Source: Octopus vulgaris (Eukaryota). From it: a stretch of DNA of 64,000 nucleotides. The notes below the pieces were generated by a model. The model saw nothing but the letters and a program-made list of their open reading frames with translations, had not been told where the DNA came from and did not search any database. The first letter of the stretch is position 1, and every line of letters starts with the position of its first letter. This document shows positions 1 to 13,921 of this stretch, piece by piece. Both the position numbers and the translations under genes were made by a program. The stretch lies in assembly GCA_951406725.2 (NCBI GenBank), contig OX597820.1, positions 35,278,001-35,342,000 on the forward strand, written 5' to 3'.

Positions 1-131
1 ATGCATGTGCCTGGTGTACTCTTGTCAGACGGTTAGTCATGATGGGTATACTGGGCTTCGTATATTTTACCCCAGTGTCACTTTGATGGCATACATTGCT
101 CTCACCCAATATTAATAATAATAATAATAAT

Positions 132-331
132 AAAGTAAGCAAAAATCTCGAGAAGTACGTGGAACAAATAGGTGTTGCAATAAGGGTGGAGCACTCGCAG
201 AAAATAATACTGCTTGGAACCGCTCAAATACTCCGGAAGGTGCTCGAAAAATAAGAGGCGTTACCTTAGTTCACTGGTAGTGAACAGCTGACACTGTAGT
301 ACATCTCCAGCGTTAGAAGCTGAGCAAAAGC
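132..331 (+). mobile_element. 3' stub of Dong/R4-like RLE non-LTR retrotransposon between (TAA)n tracts
   Basis: 132-254 translates KVSKNLEKYVEQIGVAIRVEHSQKIILLGTAQILRKVLEK*, similar to the C-terminus of the 44-46 kb element (QKIVLTGTSHVLRRALSM*). Short 3'UTR; TAA repeats on both sides. Confidence 0.75.

Positions 332-424
<93 letters not shown>
332..424. repeat. (TAA)n microsatellite
   Basis: Perfect AAT repeats; similar tracts at ~820-905, 1191-1257 and 44163-44220. Confidence 0.98.
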
Positions 425-808
425 CCTTCCTACTACAGGCACAAGGCCTGAAATTCTAGGGAGGTGATTAGTCTATTATATCGACTCCAGTGTATCCCTG
501 GTACTTAATCTATCGACCCCGAAAGGATGAAAGGTGGAATTTGAACTCAGAACTTTTAAAGACAGACGAAATACCTATTTCTTTACTACCCACAAGAGGC
601 TAAACACAGAGAGGTCAAACAAGGACAGACAAACGGATTAAGTCGATTATATCGACCCCAATGCGTAACTGGTACTTATTTAATCGACCCCAAAAGGATG
701 AAAGGCAAAGTCGACCTCGGCGGAATTTGAACTCAGAACGTAACGGCAGACGAAATACGACTACGCATTTCGCCCGGCGTGCTAAAGTTTCTGCCAGCTC
801 GCCGACTT
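424..808 (-). mobile_element. SINE family B (Meta-domain-like), dimeric copy
   Basis: Reverse complement of 11875-12600: head ggcgagctggcagaaac, B-box gagttcaaattcc, core ctttcatcctttcggggtcgat..aagtaccag, (ATT)n tail. Confidence 0.85.
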
Positions 809-830
809 AATAATTAGAATAATAATAATA

Positions 831-906
<76 letters not shown>

Positions 907-1190
907 TAATATTTTGTCATTATTTATCGACCCTTATGATGTCTCCTTTATCAGCCATCTTTAAAAAAAATTGAAAAATTTGCGAAATATTTGTTTTTGC
1001 CGAAAGCAATTAAAATTCAAAAATTATTTATGCGCACCCCATGCAAATCAGGGGGTGTTTCTACACAAAAAACTATCTGCACAATCTCGAAAATCTCCGA
1101 AATATAATGGAAACAACAGGCTGAAAAGATTACAAATATTTTTTCGACATACGGAGCAACAAATTTCAGTAACTTCCCAGCATGGCGGCC

Positions 1191-1258
<68 letters not shown>

Positions 1259-1450
1259 TTCTACAATAGGCACACGGGTTGGAATTTCAGGCGAGGGGTA
1301 TCACATTGACCCACTGGTACTTAATTTATCGACCTCGAAAGGATGAAAAGCAAAGTTGACCTCGGCGGAATTTGAACTCAGAACGTAGCGACAGGTGAAG
1401 TGCTGCTAAGCATTTCACCCGGCGTGCAAATGATTCTGTCAAATAATAAT

Positions 1451-1697
1451 ATGAATGAGAGCTGAGGAAACTGCGGAAGATTAAGACAGCAATTATTTCT
1501 GTAGTATTTGGTGCACTTGGCACAACACGCAAAATGCTACGTAAAAGATTGAAAGAATTTGGAAATGAAACTGCAATTCTCGACTTGCAAAATGTACCAT
1601 CCTACAATATGCAAGAATCTTTAAAAATTCTCGAGATCTGAAGAGACTTGTTGTCGCCAAACCTCTAGATAAAATACCTGCTAACTAAATTAGCGAA
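1451..1697 (+). mobile_element. 3' stub of a second Dong/R4-like RLE LINE
   Basis: Translates ELRKLRKIKTAIISVVFGALGTTRKMLRKRLKEFGNETAILDLQ, similar to EIEKMWHLKAVTISVIVGALGMIKK..LQEVQK of the 44-46 kb element. Short aataataa runs on both sides. Confidence 0.7.
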
Positions 1698-1990
1698 ATA
1701 ATAATAAGAATTCTCTATGCTATAGGCACGAAGTCAGCAATTTTGAAGGTGTGGGAGGCAAGTGAATTACTTGTCGGATACCTTATTTTATCGACATCCA
1801 AAAGAGGAAAGGCAAATGCGACTTTGGTGGAATTTGAATTCTGGAGTAGAAAGAAATGTTTTGTTGGTCCGTTGTATATTTCAGTGTAATTCGGTGGTTT
1901 AATTGGAGATTCAACTTCTTTTTCCAGCAAGTTGGCGCCTCGTGTGCCCTCTATTGTAGTTATAGTTAATTATAATTATACACACACACA

Positions 1991-2075
<85 letters not shown>

Positions 2076-2327
2076 GTATATGTATATGTGTATGTATGTA
2101 TGTATGAATGTATGCATGTATGTATGTATATATGTATGTATGTATATTGACAAAGAGCTGTGCTCGAAACTTCAAACTCTCTTTCCAGCATCCTCTTGGT
2201 GTCCCTTAATTTTATTATTCGTCTTTCTGAACTTATTGTTTATTTGACTTGACCAAACACACACACACACACACATGTATAAATAATATGTATATATTTT
2301 AGATATCATATTATATATACATATGAG

Positions 2328-2401
<74 letters not shown>

Positions 2402-2842
2402 GACAGAGAGACAGAGACAGAGGGAGAGAGGGAAGGGAGGGAAGGAGGGAGAGAGGGAGAGAGAGGGAGAGAAAGGGAGAGAGAGAGGGGGGTGAGAGTA
2501 TATTAAAGAAGACTTTGTTCGTAAAATATTTAGTTGCATCATCCCACACGGCTTTCATTAACAATGAAAAAATGCCATATCAGATAAATCTGATAAGCCG
2601 ATGTCATTGTCAACTCTGATTAGTGATTCATCTTTTAACTTTTACTTGTTTCACAGCCTTGAAGAAGTTTTAGCTGATCAAATCTACACCAGTCTTAATA
2701 AGCCTGATACTTATTCTATCAAATGTCAATGGCTGAACCGCTAAGTTACGGGGGCGGAAATACAACTAAATAAGTTGTCAAGCTGTGGTTCGGGGACACA
2801 AAGATACAAAGATGCAAAGACTCACACACTCACACACTTACG

Positions 2843-3342
<500 letters not shown>

Positions 3343-3576
3343 ATGTATATACGACGGGCTTCTTTCGGCAAGGCTTTGGTCGGCCCGAGGCTATATCTAA
3401 AGACACTTTTAGTATTGATACTGGACTGCTAAAACAACTGAGTAAAATTGGTTTATCGATTTAGTTTCTCTACTTATTGTCTTGTACAGAGGGATAACAG
3501 AGTGACGCCATTGTAGAATGGTGAGAGGGGTGCTATGCTAAAAGTTCCCTATTATCACTCTATACCAGACCACATG

Positions 3577-3878
3577 TGGAGGCACATGGTCTAGTGGTTA
3601 GAGTAGCAGACTGGCGGTCGAGGGATCGCGGGTTCGAATCTCAGACCGGGCGATGTGTGTGTTTATGAGCGAAACACTTAAGCTCCACGCGGCTCCGGCG
3701 GAAGGCAATGGCGAACTTCTGCTGACTCTTTCGCCACAATTTTCTCTCACTCTTTCCTCCTGCATTTTGCGGCTCACCTGCGACGGACCGGCGTCTCATC
3801 CAGATGGGGAACCTATACGCCAAGGATACCGGGAGACCGTCCCTTATGAGCCAGGCGTGGTTCGAGAAGGAACAAACT
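3577..3878 (+). mobile_element. SINE family C (tRNA head)
   Basis: A box tggtctagtgg, B box ggttcgaatc; head shared with 25129-25495 and 55143-55260. Confidence 0.8.
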
Positions 3879-4249
3879 AGATCACAACCATGTTGTCTGA
3901 GATACACCAGTATCTTTTATACTTATTAGGAGGAACATGCTTGATACATAAAATGGAGATTGTTTGTTATTGTGCATCTCACTGCATTAGATCTATGTCT
4001 AGAACTATCAGGTTTCAGTGGTCCCAGCATGTTATCCCTTTGATATATCATTTTTGTTGACTGTTAGCTTGCTAATTACCGTCCGTTCTCACACACGCTG
4101 GTTTGTACGTGTACACAAAAATTCCCAAACGCACATGTATGGCAAAAACAAGAGGGTATACTTATATATCTATGCATGCACACATACAAACTCGTGCTCG
4201 TACACACACACGCGCATACACACTCACAAATAAGTCGTGAATTTCTTTC

Positions 4250-4346
4250 TAAAATAATATTGTTGAATTTTGTTTGATTGTTATTGTAAAAATATTGATT
4301 TCTATATTGTTATTTGTTAATTATTGTTATTTGTTAATTTATTTAC

Positions 4347-4395
<49 letters not shown>

Positions 4396-5473
4396 CATCA
4401 TTATTATTATTATTGTTGTTGTTGTTGTTATCTTGTGAACTATAATCTTAACGTATTACGTATAATTTACATTGGGAAATAGTTTTGTAAGACAAAATCT
4501 TATCGAATTCGTAGTAATTTTTTTATTTGTTATGTAATATTGCATTTAAGTAAATATTTTTAATAATAATAGAAACTTTGGTTAATTCTATAAATGAGTG
4601 AAATAATAAATCTATAATAAATTGAATTAATTATATAATAAGTTTAATTAATTTGTGTGTATATATTTGAACCATTTGCTATGTTTAATTCTTGTAATTA
4701 TAGTTTGTAGTAGTATTATGTATATAAGTTAGCATGAAGGTTTTTAGTATATATTAAATAATTAGAATAAGATTAAACTTAAATGTTTATTAAATTAATA
4801 CATAAATAAATAATGTAATGAATATAGATTAAATTATAGTATTTTAGCTTCACATAATGTATATTATTTATTTTATATATATTTTTTGTTTTAAATATTT
4901 TGTTTTAATTACTTGTATTTTAATTTTCTAGTAATGATATACTATAGTTTGTTATTTTTTTCCTTCTATAAGCTAAATTATATTTTCAAGGATAAAATAA
5001 ATATTTCAAACTATTTATTCTAGTTTCATTTACACCACGTTTTTAACGAGATAAATTTACTGAGTCCTACCTATTAAGTTTAAGGATTTAGTTAACAGAA
5101 TATATTCAATAAGATATTTTATGTTTTTATTCTAAGATATATTGTTGAATTTTGTTCGTTTTTTATTGTAAAATTTTTATATATATTTATATTTTCTTAT
5201 AAGATACAATACGAACATTTATTTAATTATTTTATTGTTTTTATCTTAGACCTGAAGAGTGACTATATTCAAACTGAATTGATTTTATTGTTATCAATTT
5301 GAAAATATAGCCCCGAAACACGTGTAATCTATTTACTAATTATATACTATTTATTTATTGCTTCGCACTTTATTTAGTTCTAGATAAATGTTTTATCGTA
5401 TCTTTAATTTATTTTTAATATGGTATGATTTAAAAATATCATTGTTATATTGCTACATGGTGGTTCTTCTCTA

Positions 5474-5475
<2 letters not shown>
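4250..5475 (+). mobile_element. AT-rich Penelope-like element remnant with direct repeat and hammerhead motif
   Basis: Imperfect direct repeat atattgttgaattttgtt..ttattgtaaaa at ~4257 and ~5139; hammerhead core at 5247-5331; 5302-5400 matches 46342-46430. Confidence 0.5.
5247..5331 (+). ncRNA. Type I hammerhead ribozyme motif with long helix II
   Basis: tagac-CUGAAGA-(gtgactatattcaaactga...tcaatttgaaaatatagcccc)-GAAA-C-acgu-G-UA-atcta; palindromic helix III loop; one mismatch in helix I. Confidence 0.6.
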
Positions 5476-5514
<39 letters not shown>

Positions 5515-5552
5515 CTACCAAGTATACACCCACGCATAGATATGTATATGCA

Positions 5553-5883
5553 CCGCATAATGCTAAAGACACCGTGTTCTTCATCTCAGGTAAGAATCCA
5601 GTATTGCATCAGCTTGGGTTTCAGGGGACCCAAACTGTTTAACATGCTGCCAAAGAACCTAAGAGATGTGCAAGGTGTAGAAGTGGAAACGTTCAAAATG
5701 TACCTGAACGAATTTCTATCTGAAATCCCAGATGAGCCCACAGGAGGAACAAAGAAGAGCAGCTTCATCCAACTCGCTTCTTCACCAAAAGCAGCACCGA
5801 AAGGAGACCCCCAAAACACTGAAAGGCGGCACTCCAGCATGGCCCCAGCCTCTGACTGAAACCAGTAAAAGCAGTAAAAGAAT

Positions 5884-5885
<2 letters not shown>
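5553..5885 (+). mobile_element. 3' fragment of CR1-group LINE
   Basis: SLGFRGPKLFNMLPKNLRDVQGVEVETFKMYLNEFLSEIPDEP is a typical CR1/L2-group ORF2 C-terminus; short 3'UTR ending in gtaaaag repeats. Confidence 0.75.
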
Positions 5886-5919
<34 letters not shown>

Positions 5920-5923
5920 CACA

Positions 5924-5979
<56 letters not shown>

Positions 5980-6655
5980 CACACATACACAGGCACTAAG
6001 ATATATACACATGTGTGTGAGTGTGTGTATTTGTATGTGTCTCTGTGTGTATGTGCGTGTGTACGTGTGTGTGTTTAAAGCGTATGAAACAAAATGGTAC
6101 CCAGGAGACTCATTAACAAACGTAATAGTGTCTATCGTGTGCAATATATCTTGAAGCAAACATCCATCTCGCAGTTGGCATTTTATCACCTGTACATAGC
6201 CACACCCTTCAACAGACATGTCATTTCTCTCTCTCTCTCTTTCTCTCTCGCTCTCTCTTTCCCAATCTTTCTCTGCTTCTCTTTCTCTCTACTCAATCTC
6301 TCTGCGCAGTAAATTCGCTTTTGTTTTTTTACGTTATTTCATATATCTTTTTTCATGTGTGCTCGTTTCTGACATTTTCTTAGCGACCTGCTGCAATATT
6401 CTGGCAGGTAAATGACAAACAAACAGGATTTCATGAGACATAAATAGACCACAGTTCTGTTGTTGAAAAGCAGTAATGTTCACAGTGTCATGCTATGGAA
6501 AAGTAGCTTGTGCGTAGTAATGGCGAGCTAAACCGCTTTCAAATTCAGATTGTGTCTAAGAGGTTTTGACAAGATTTTTTTTCTTCAGCTGCAGGCAGAA
6601 GCTACTGCATTTCATTTGTAGGTGGAATCTTGTAGAACAAAAATTTTACGGAACT

Positions 6656-6694
<39 letters not shown>

Positions 6695-7069
6695 TCACAT
6701 GCACACACACGCACGCACACACATATATATACATAAATATACATATGTGTGTGTGCACGTGTGTTTGTCGGTGTGTGTACACTCATACACACACATACGC
6801 ACACACAAATACATATATATGTATATTGATATTGACACACTTCATCTGATGAAGGCTACATAGCTAAAACTTTGAAGTAACTATTAACTATTTCCTTGTA
6901 TAGATAATATATGCGTATGAGTGTATGTATATATGTATGTGTTTGTCAGAGAAATTATTTTACATCGACTTAAACCTATAATAACCTTTAAAATAAACAT
7001 AAATATCGCACAGACTCTTTTTTTTTTGTTTTACCTCATCAGAATTTGTTATATTTTTAACACTTTAAC

Positions 7070-7440
7070 ACACCGGGAAAAATGCTTAGCGGTATTTGGT
7101 CTATCGTTACGTTCTGAGTTCGAATTCCGCCGAGGTCGACTTTGCCTTTCATCCTTTCGGGGTCGATTAAATAAGTACCAGTTATGCACTGGGGTCGATA
7201 TAATCGACTTAATCCGCTTGCCTGTCCTTGTTTGTCCTCTCTGTGTTTAGCCCCTTGTGGGTAATAAAGAAACAGGTATTTCGTCCGTTTTTACGTTTTC
7301 AGTTCAAATTCCGCCGAGGTCAACTTTGCCTTTCATCCTTTCCAGGTCAATAAAATAAACACCAGTTGAACTCTCGGGTCGATGTAATCGACTTACCCTT
7401 CCCCGGAATTGTTGGCCTTGTGCCAAAATTTTGAAACCAA
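7070..7440 (+). mobile_element. SINE family B dimer, followed by degraded copies to ~7900
   Basis: Same sequence and internal junction as 11875-12600. Confidence 0.85.
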
Positions 7441-7900
7441 AATTTTTATTAATACTATTTAAAGAAACCTCGTCGAATTTATTTCATTGGTAAACAGACT
7501 TTTATGTCGTGAGTTCAAATCTTGTTGATGTAAACTTCACCTCGCATCTTTCGGTGATTGATGAAATAAAGTACCAGTCAAGTACAGGGGTCGATATAAT
7601 CAGTTGTAATCTTTCTTCCAAATTCAAGACCTATATTAAGTAGTTATCATAAGGGTAGTGGACTGGCATAACTCTTAGAGTATTGTAAGAATCAGTTTGT
7701 GATGTCTGTTCCGGCTCATTAGTTTTTGAGTTCAAATCCCGTTGGAGTCAACTTTGTCTTGCCTTGTTACGGAGTCGATGAAATAAAGTACCAGTCATGT
7801 ACTAGGACCGTTTGTACCGATTATCCCTCCCACTTCAAAACTGCTTACCTTGAATTTCTAAATTATTTTTGGTTCACTAACTTCTGAGTTCAAATCTTGC

Positions 7901-8053
7901 CTAGTGGTTAAGAGTGCGGGCTACTAAAACCCAAGATTCCGAGTTCGATTCCAGGCAGTGATCTGATTAATAATAATAACATCGAAAAATACCCAGGTTC
8001 GACATTTCCCCAAGACACCCGATGAAGGCTGATACAAGATAAGGACAAATATC
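7901..8053 (+). mobile_element. Deleted copy of the tRNA-headed hammerhead-tailed element
   Basis: tagtggttaagagtgcgggctactaa..gagttcgattcc..taataataacatcgaaaaata..caagacacccgatgaaggctg matches the reverse complement of 47603-47865. Confidence 0.75.
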
Positions 8054-8158
8054 ACCTCAATAACTATTTGGAGTCATCGATACTGAACTGGTTTAGCCTG
8101 AGTTAGCCTGGTATGGCAGTGCTTGAAAATACTACACTTATTCACACATATACATGTA

Positions 8159-8379
8159 CGGTAATACCTCGACTATCACAGATGTTACGTTCTAAAACAC
8201 CCCAGGATAAGTGAAAATCCAATTATATACTGTATATATAATTTGTATGTATTTATTTTATTATAAATGCAAAACAACACCACGGAGGAATCGACGTGAG
8301 CGTAAATAATAAACTGCGATTGGCGCACCGCGATAAGTGCACCGCGATAGATGAACCGTGATATGGCGAGGGATAACTG
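8159..8379. mobile_element. pogo/Tigger-like MITE
   Basis: Imperfect TIRs cggtaatacctcgactatcac / gtgatatggcgagggataactg, flanked by TA. Confidence 0.6.
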
Positions 8380-8429
8380 TATATGTATATATTTATGTGT
8401 TTATATATACACATGCACACACAGAGAGG

Positions 8430-8461
<32 letters not shown>

Positions 8462-9162
8462 TGTATATTTGTGCGTGTGTGCATTCGTGTATATATGTAC
8501 GTATGTATGTAGTTAATGGTCTCATAGCTTGTTTCCATCCTTCATTCTATAGTCATATCCCTCAGTCTAACTTTCTGTATGTCTCTCTCTCTCTTTTTCG
8601 CTTCCTTATCTCTCTCCCTCTCACTCCATCCCCTTCCTCTCTCTCTCACAGTAAGCTAACATAGACGGCTGCGTAAAGAATGTGTGAAGTTTTTGTGCTT
8701 TTCTCAATCCTACTTGCAAATTCTGGTCATGGACAAAAGAAATATTTGGGTACCGAACTTCCAAACCTCGCCCTCATAAATTAAAAGAAAATGCTTCAGA
8801 ACGAAAAACCAGTTATACGAGACATTATTTGCGAAACAGGGTCGCGGAAAAATGAAATAAAAAAGGAAAAACCCAGCTCAGGGAAGCAGTGTGCATATTA
8901 GACACTTGCACAGTTGTGTCAAGGCTGTTTACGTCACTGATCTATTGTGAGAAAAGAAGCGAAATAGGAAAACAAATATACAAGCAGTCTAAAATTATAA
9001 CGTACCGCCCACTCGTTTTTGCTAGTTAGTGTATGGTGAACCGTGAGGAAAGAAACAAAAGTTTGTTGAATGAAATGTGGTGTTCATAGTTAATTAAAAT
9101 AATAAATATCTTCGATGAATTCTTAATTGTATTATTATCTTTCGAAATAATTAAACTCAACT

Positions 9163-9273
9163 CAGGCGTGGCTGTGTTGTAAAGAACTTGCTTCCCACCC
9201 ACGTGATTCCGAGTTCAATCACATTGCGTGGCATCTTCTTCTAGTATAGCCTTGGACAGATCAAAGCTTTATG

Positions 9274-9333
<60 letters not shown>

Positions 9334-9830
9334 TTGTGTCTGTGTTTGTCCTCCACTACCGCTTGACAACTAGTGTTGTGTTCACGCCCTCGTTACTTAA
9401 TGGTAAAAGAGACCAATAGAATAAGAATCAAGCTTAACAAAAAATTAGTGCTGGGGTCGTTTCTTTCGACTAAAAATTCATCAAGGTGATGCCCCAACAG
9501 GGGCATCACCTTGGCCGCAGTCCAATGATTGAAATAAGTAAGAGATAAAAAATGAAAGATGTGAAATGAAGCATTTTTCTTTCAGGTATCTTTTATTTCA
9601 TATCTTACTTGTTCCAATTATTAGACTGCAGCCATGCTGGGGCACCGCCATGACGGATTTAGTCTAGCAAACCGACCCCAGTATTTACTTTTCTTTTTAA
9701 GTCTGGCACTTATTCGATCGCTCACTTTTGCCGAATCGCTAAGTTATGGTTATTATAAAAAAAAACTAACACCGGTTGTCAAGTGGTGGCGGGAAACAAA
9801 CACCAACAAAAAGACCAACACACATACGCG
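9163..9830. mobile_element. Two SINE A copies, tail to tail (9163-9550 +, 9600-9830 -)
   Basis: Head/CORE-like and tail motifs as at 2962-3342. Confidence 0.75.
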
Positions 9831-10590
9831 AGAACCGATCTTCGAAAATGCTAAAATCATATACGTGAAATATATAGGGTAGCGAATATTTTTAGAAATT
9901 TCACTACCAGTGGCCTAGCATGTATAAAAAATCAATAGATAACATATTCTCAATATAAAAAAGTGTACTTGTAAACACAAGAGAAACTACCTTTAACAGG
10001 TAATTTTACACGCTAGAAGAAGCAGTCAAAACGACCGAAAGCATATTTAAGAGCAATTTCGAAGGGAATGAAAGATAAAAAACTTTTACTTTCTTATTTT
10101 TTTATGGTTATACCTAGGTTTAAAATTTTTTTTAGCAAATAAAATAATTTGCCAGGCGAAATTCTCATCAGTAACCGCGCCATAACATCAACATACAATT
10201 TAGAGACAAATAACCCGAGTCTCATCATTATGTGTTATAACTTTTCAAATTCACCGCGCAAGCGCAGTTTCAGTCGGCAGTAAATGAAAAAATGGCCGAA
10301 CTAAGTTCTCCGTCATATGAGGGGCAAATCTATGGTTCATATATAAAGTTTAAGCTATTTTAAAACATAATACTCACATCAATTTGGATTAATCAAATTT
10401 TATTGATAACAATAGGATATTTCTTCACATTGGATTTGTGTCATTAGATTTGAAAACAATTTATCGTTTGATTAGATATGCTTCAACGGGAATTGGATTG
10501 TTGCAGAGAAAATTTACAATCTTTTAATGGGCGCGGAGTCCTCCCCGTCTAGTACACCCAGAATATTTGCAATAGGTAAACATGCACACT

Positions 10591-10655
<65 letters not shown>

Positions 10656-11284
10656 GTAACAGGCTTCTTTCAGTTTCCGTCTTCCAAATCCACCTAGAAG
10701 GCTTTAGTCGGTCCGAGGCTTTAATAGAGGACACTTGCCGAAGGTGCCACGCAGTGGGACTGAATCCAGAACTATGTGGTTGGGAATATACACATATTAA
10801 TATATTTACATACAGGTCCCCTGTTTGAGGATGCTTTCCCTCGTCCCTCCCACACGTCTGAGAAACCTCCACAACGGGTCATAACCGCTGCTTTTTCTCT
10901 TGGCTATAAAGATAAAAAGAAACAAAATTTCTTACCGTTTCCAAGCTGAAAGTAGAAAGGTCATATCGACCTGTGGAGTTTGTCTATCGCTTATCAGTTT
11001 TAACAGAGACTATATATATTTAGATCTTGATGGCTGCACCGCTCCCCAGCAAACTATCATGATGTTGGAAACAGCCTCGGGCGCAATGATGTTTGTTATG
11101 TACTATAATGGTATTTTTTAAAATTCTTATCTTTTATTTGTTTCAGTACTTAGTGTGCATCTCGAAGAATTTTTAGTCGGGTACATTTTTATCGGTCTCT
11201 TTTATCAAACTGCTAATTTACGGAGGCGTAAACATGCCAACACCGGTTACAAGCTGTTGTGGGGAAAAACATATAAACAAAGAC

Positions 11285-11323
<39 letters not shown>

Positions 11324-11874
11324 TACGACGTGCTTCTGTCTCCATAATTTAGTGTTTGTTTTTAGAAGAAATAAGATCTATAGAATAAGTAAAACTCTTG
11401 GGTGCATTTATTCACCTAAACACTTTGGAGAAGTGCCCCAGCTTGGCCGCAATTCCAATTACTGAAATAAGTAAAAGAATAAAGAAATATAAGGTAAATC
11501 CTAAGGAACGTTTCAATTATAAACATACGTTCATACACGTATATAATATAATGGTTTCGAATTCTGGCACAAGGAGAGAGAGGGCAAGTCAGTAACATTG
11601 AACCCATTGTTCAACTGGTACTTATTTTATCAACCCCAAAATGGTGAAAGGTAAAGCCGACCTCGGTTAAATTTGAACTGAGAACGTAAAGATAGACAAA
11701 GGCTGCCTAGCATTTTTGCCCGAGGTGCTAACAATTCTAATCTGATCTAATGTAAATATAATATAATATAATATGATGTAATATAATATAACATAATATA
11801 ATAAATGATATAATAATATACAATACAATATGATATAAAACAATATAAAATACAAGATATAAGATATGATATAA

Positions 11875-12600
11875 AGGCGGCGAGCTGGCAGAAACGTTAG
11901 CACGCCGGGCGAAATGCGTAGCCGTATTTCGTCTGCCGTTACGTTCTGAGTTCAAATTCCGCCGAGGTCGACTTTGCCTTTCATCCTTTCAGGGTTGATA
12001 AATTAAGTACCAGTTACGCGCTGGGGTCAATGTAATCGACTTAATCCGTTTGTCTGTCCTTGTTTGTCTCCTCTGTGTTTAGCCCCTTGTGGGTAGTAAA
12101 GAAATAGGTATTTCGTCTGCCGCTACGTTCTGAGTTCAAATTCCGCTGAGGTCGACTTTGCCTTTCATCCTTTCGGGGTCGATTAAATAAGTACCAGTTA
12201 CGCACTGGGGTTGATATAATCGACTTAATCCGTTTGTCTGTCCTTGTTTGTCCTCCCTGTGTTTAGCCCCTTGTGGGTAGTAAAGAAATAGGTATTTCGT
12301 CTATCTTTAAAAGTTCTGAGTTCAAATTCCGCCGAGATCGACTTTGTCTCTCATCCTTTCGGGGTTGATAAAATAAGTACCAGTTGCGTACTGGGATCGA
12401 TCTAATCGATTAGAGCAGAAATCGATTAGCCCGCGGAGCAAAATACTTAACATTTTGTACGTTTCTACGTGCCAAGTTCTATTTATGCAGAGGTCGACTT
12501 TGCTTTTCATCCTTCCGGGGTTGATAAAATAAGTACCAGTCGATGTATTTAACTTGCAGCCTCTCCCACAATTGCTGGCCTTGTGCTAAAATTTGAACTC
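11875..12600 (+). mobile_element. SINE family B multimer with 184-bp internal tandem units
   Basis: gtatttcgtct at 11924, 12108 and 12292 (period 184); only the first unit has the 5' head; an older degraded copy follows. Confidence 0.9.
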
Positions 12601-12645
12601 AGTATAATACTATCTATCTGTCTGTATGCAGAAACATTTACTAAC

Positions 12646-12707
12646 AGGCTCCATGGGGTTTCGAACCCTCGATCCCCAGTTTACTAGACTGGCGCTCTAA
12701 CCAACTA
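12646..12707 (-). pseudogene. 5'-truncated tRNA-Thr(AGU) copy
   Basis: Minus strand tagttggttagagcg-ccagt-ctAGTaa-actgg-ggatc-gaggg-ttcgaaa-cccca-tggagcct. Anticodon arm intact, T arm nearly so; the 5' acceptor strand is missing; no CCA. Confidence 0.8.
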
Positions 12708-13855
12708 TATTTATATTGATTCATTGTTTTTCTCTTTGCCTACTTAAAAAGTGTTACTGTCGTGGAGATTCTTACAGTAGTAGAAAAGGAATTTTTAACT
12801 CCTATTTCTAACTTCGGTGAAGCAATTAGCTGGCCCCTAATTATAATTATGTTTATAATTATAGAATCTTTCTTTATGTATGTATGTATGTATGTATGTA
12901 TGTATGTATGTATGTATGTATGTATGAATGGATGGACGCGCTCGGACAATTATTCCATTCAGGTTTTGGCAGTTATTGTTAATTGCATTCAATGCCCACT
13001 GTTGCACGTTCACGTGGAATCTTGTACAGCCTCAGGTGAGCTATAACATAAATATGAAGTTTACATTCATAATGAGAGAAAACAAAACACGAATTTGAAC
13101 TTGGTACTCCTTTGTTTCACCTGTAATACATATTTTAGTATTCACTAACACATGACGTAATACTATGAGTGCAATATGCATATGGGCCTCATAAGAGCAG
13201 CATGCATAAAGAAACAGATATTCAGAAAGATAAGTGAGAAATACGCACCAAATACGTTGTAACCATATTTAAATACCTAAGATGCTCAATGCTAAAGAAG
13301 GAGGTGGAGCAGGAGGAAGGTTGGGTGGGATCAGAGCCGCACAACTGCAACTGTGGACTCCACTGTCCAGAGTTTGGGGAAACGGGTCGCACTTAACGTG
13401 TCCTTTACGATAAGAGACAAGAGTGAGCATAAAATAAGACATTGGGTTGCTGGGCAGGTGTTTCGTGAGTAATAAACGAACACTGCTTGTGTTTGAAGTG
13501 TTTGAGGCCTCCGAGTACACACGCCACGTACATACGTAGAAGCGTACATACTAATAAACTCAGACATCTATCCATATCTACACACACAGATGCACATACA
13601 CACATATGTATATATGTGTGCATACACACACACAGAGACACACACACAAACATACATATACACACACACAAACACATACACACGCAAACACATGAACACA
13701 CAGGTGAGTTTGCAAATGAAAGACAAAGAATAACATATAATTAATATCTCTTTGACTCGGATTCATAGCATGTCGACAATCATCAGATGCATATATACAT
13801 ACATACATACATACATAGATATACACATGCATACATACATAGGTGCACACATATA

Positions 13856-13921
<66 letters not shown>

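Noticed and set aside
9835-10552. Helitron ending in CTAG
   Set aside because: Weak hairpin and no identifiable 5' TC end or second copy.
11924-12420. CRISPR-like periodic array
   Set aside because: Whole 184-bp units repeat with no unique spacers, there are no cas genes, and the context is eukaryotic.
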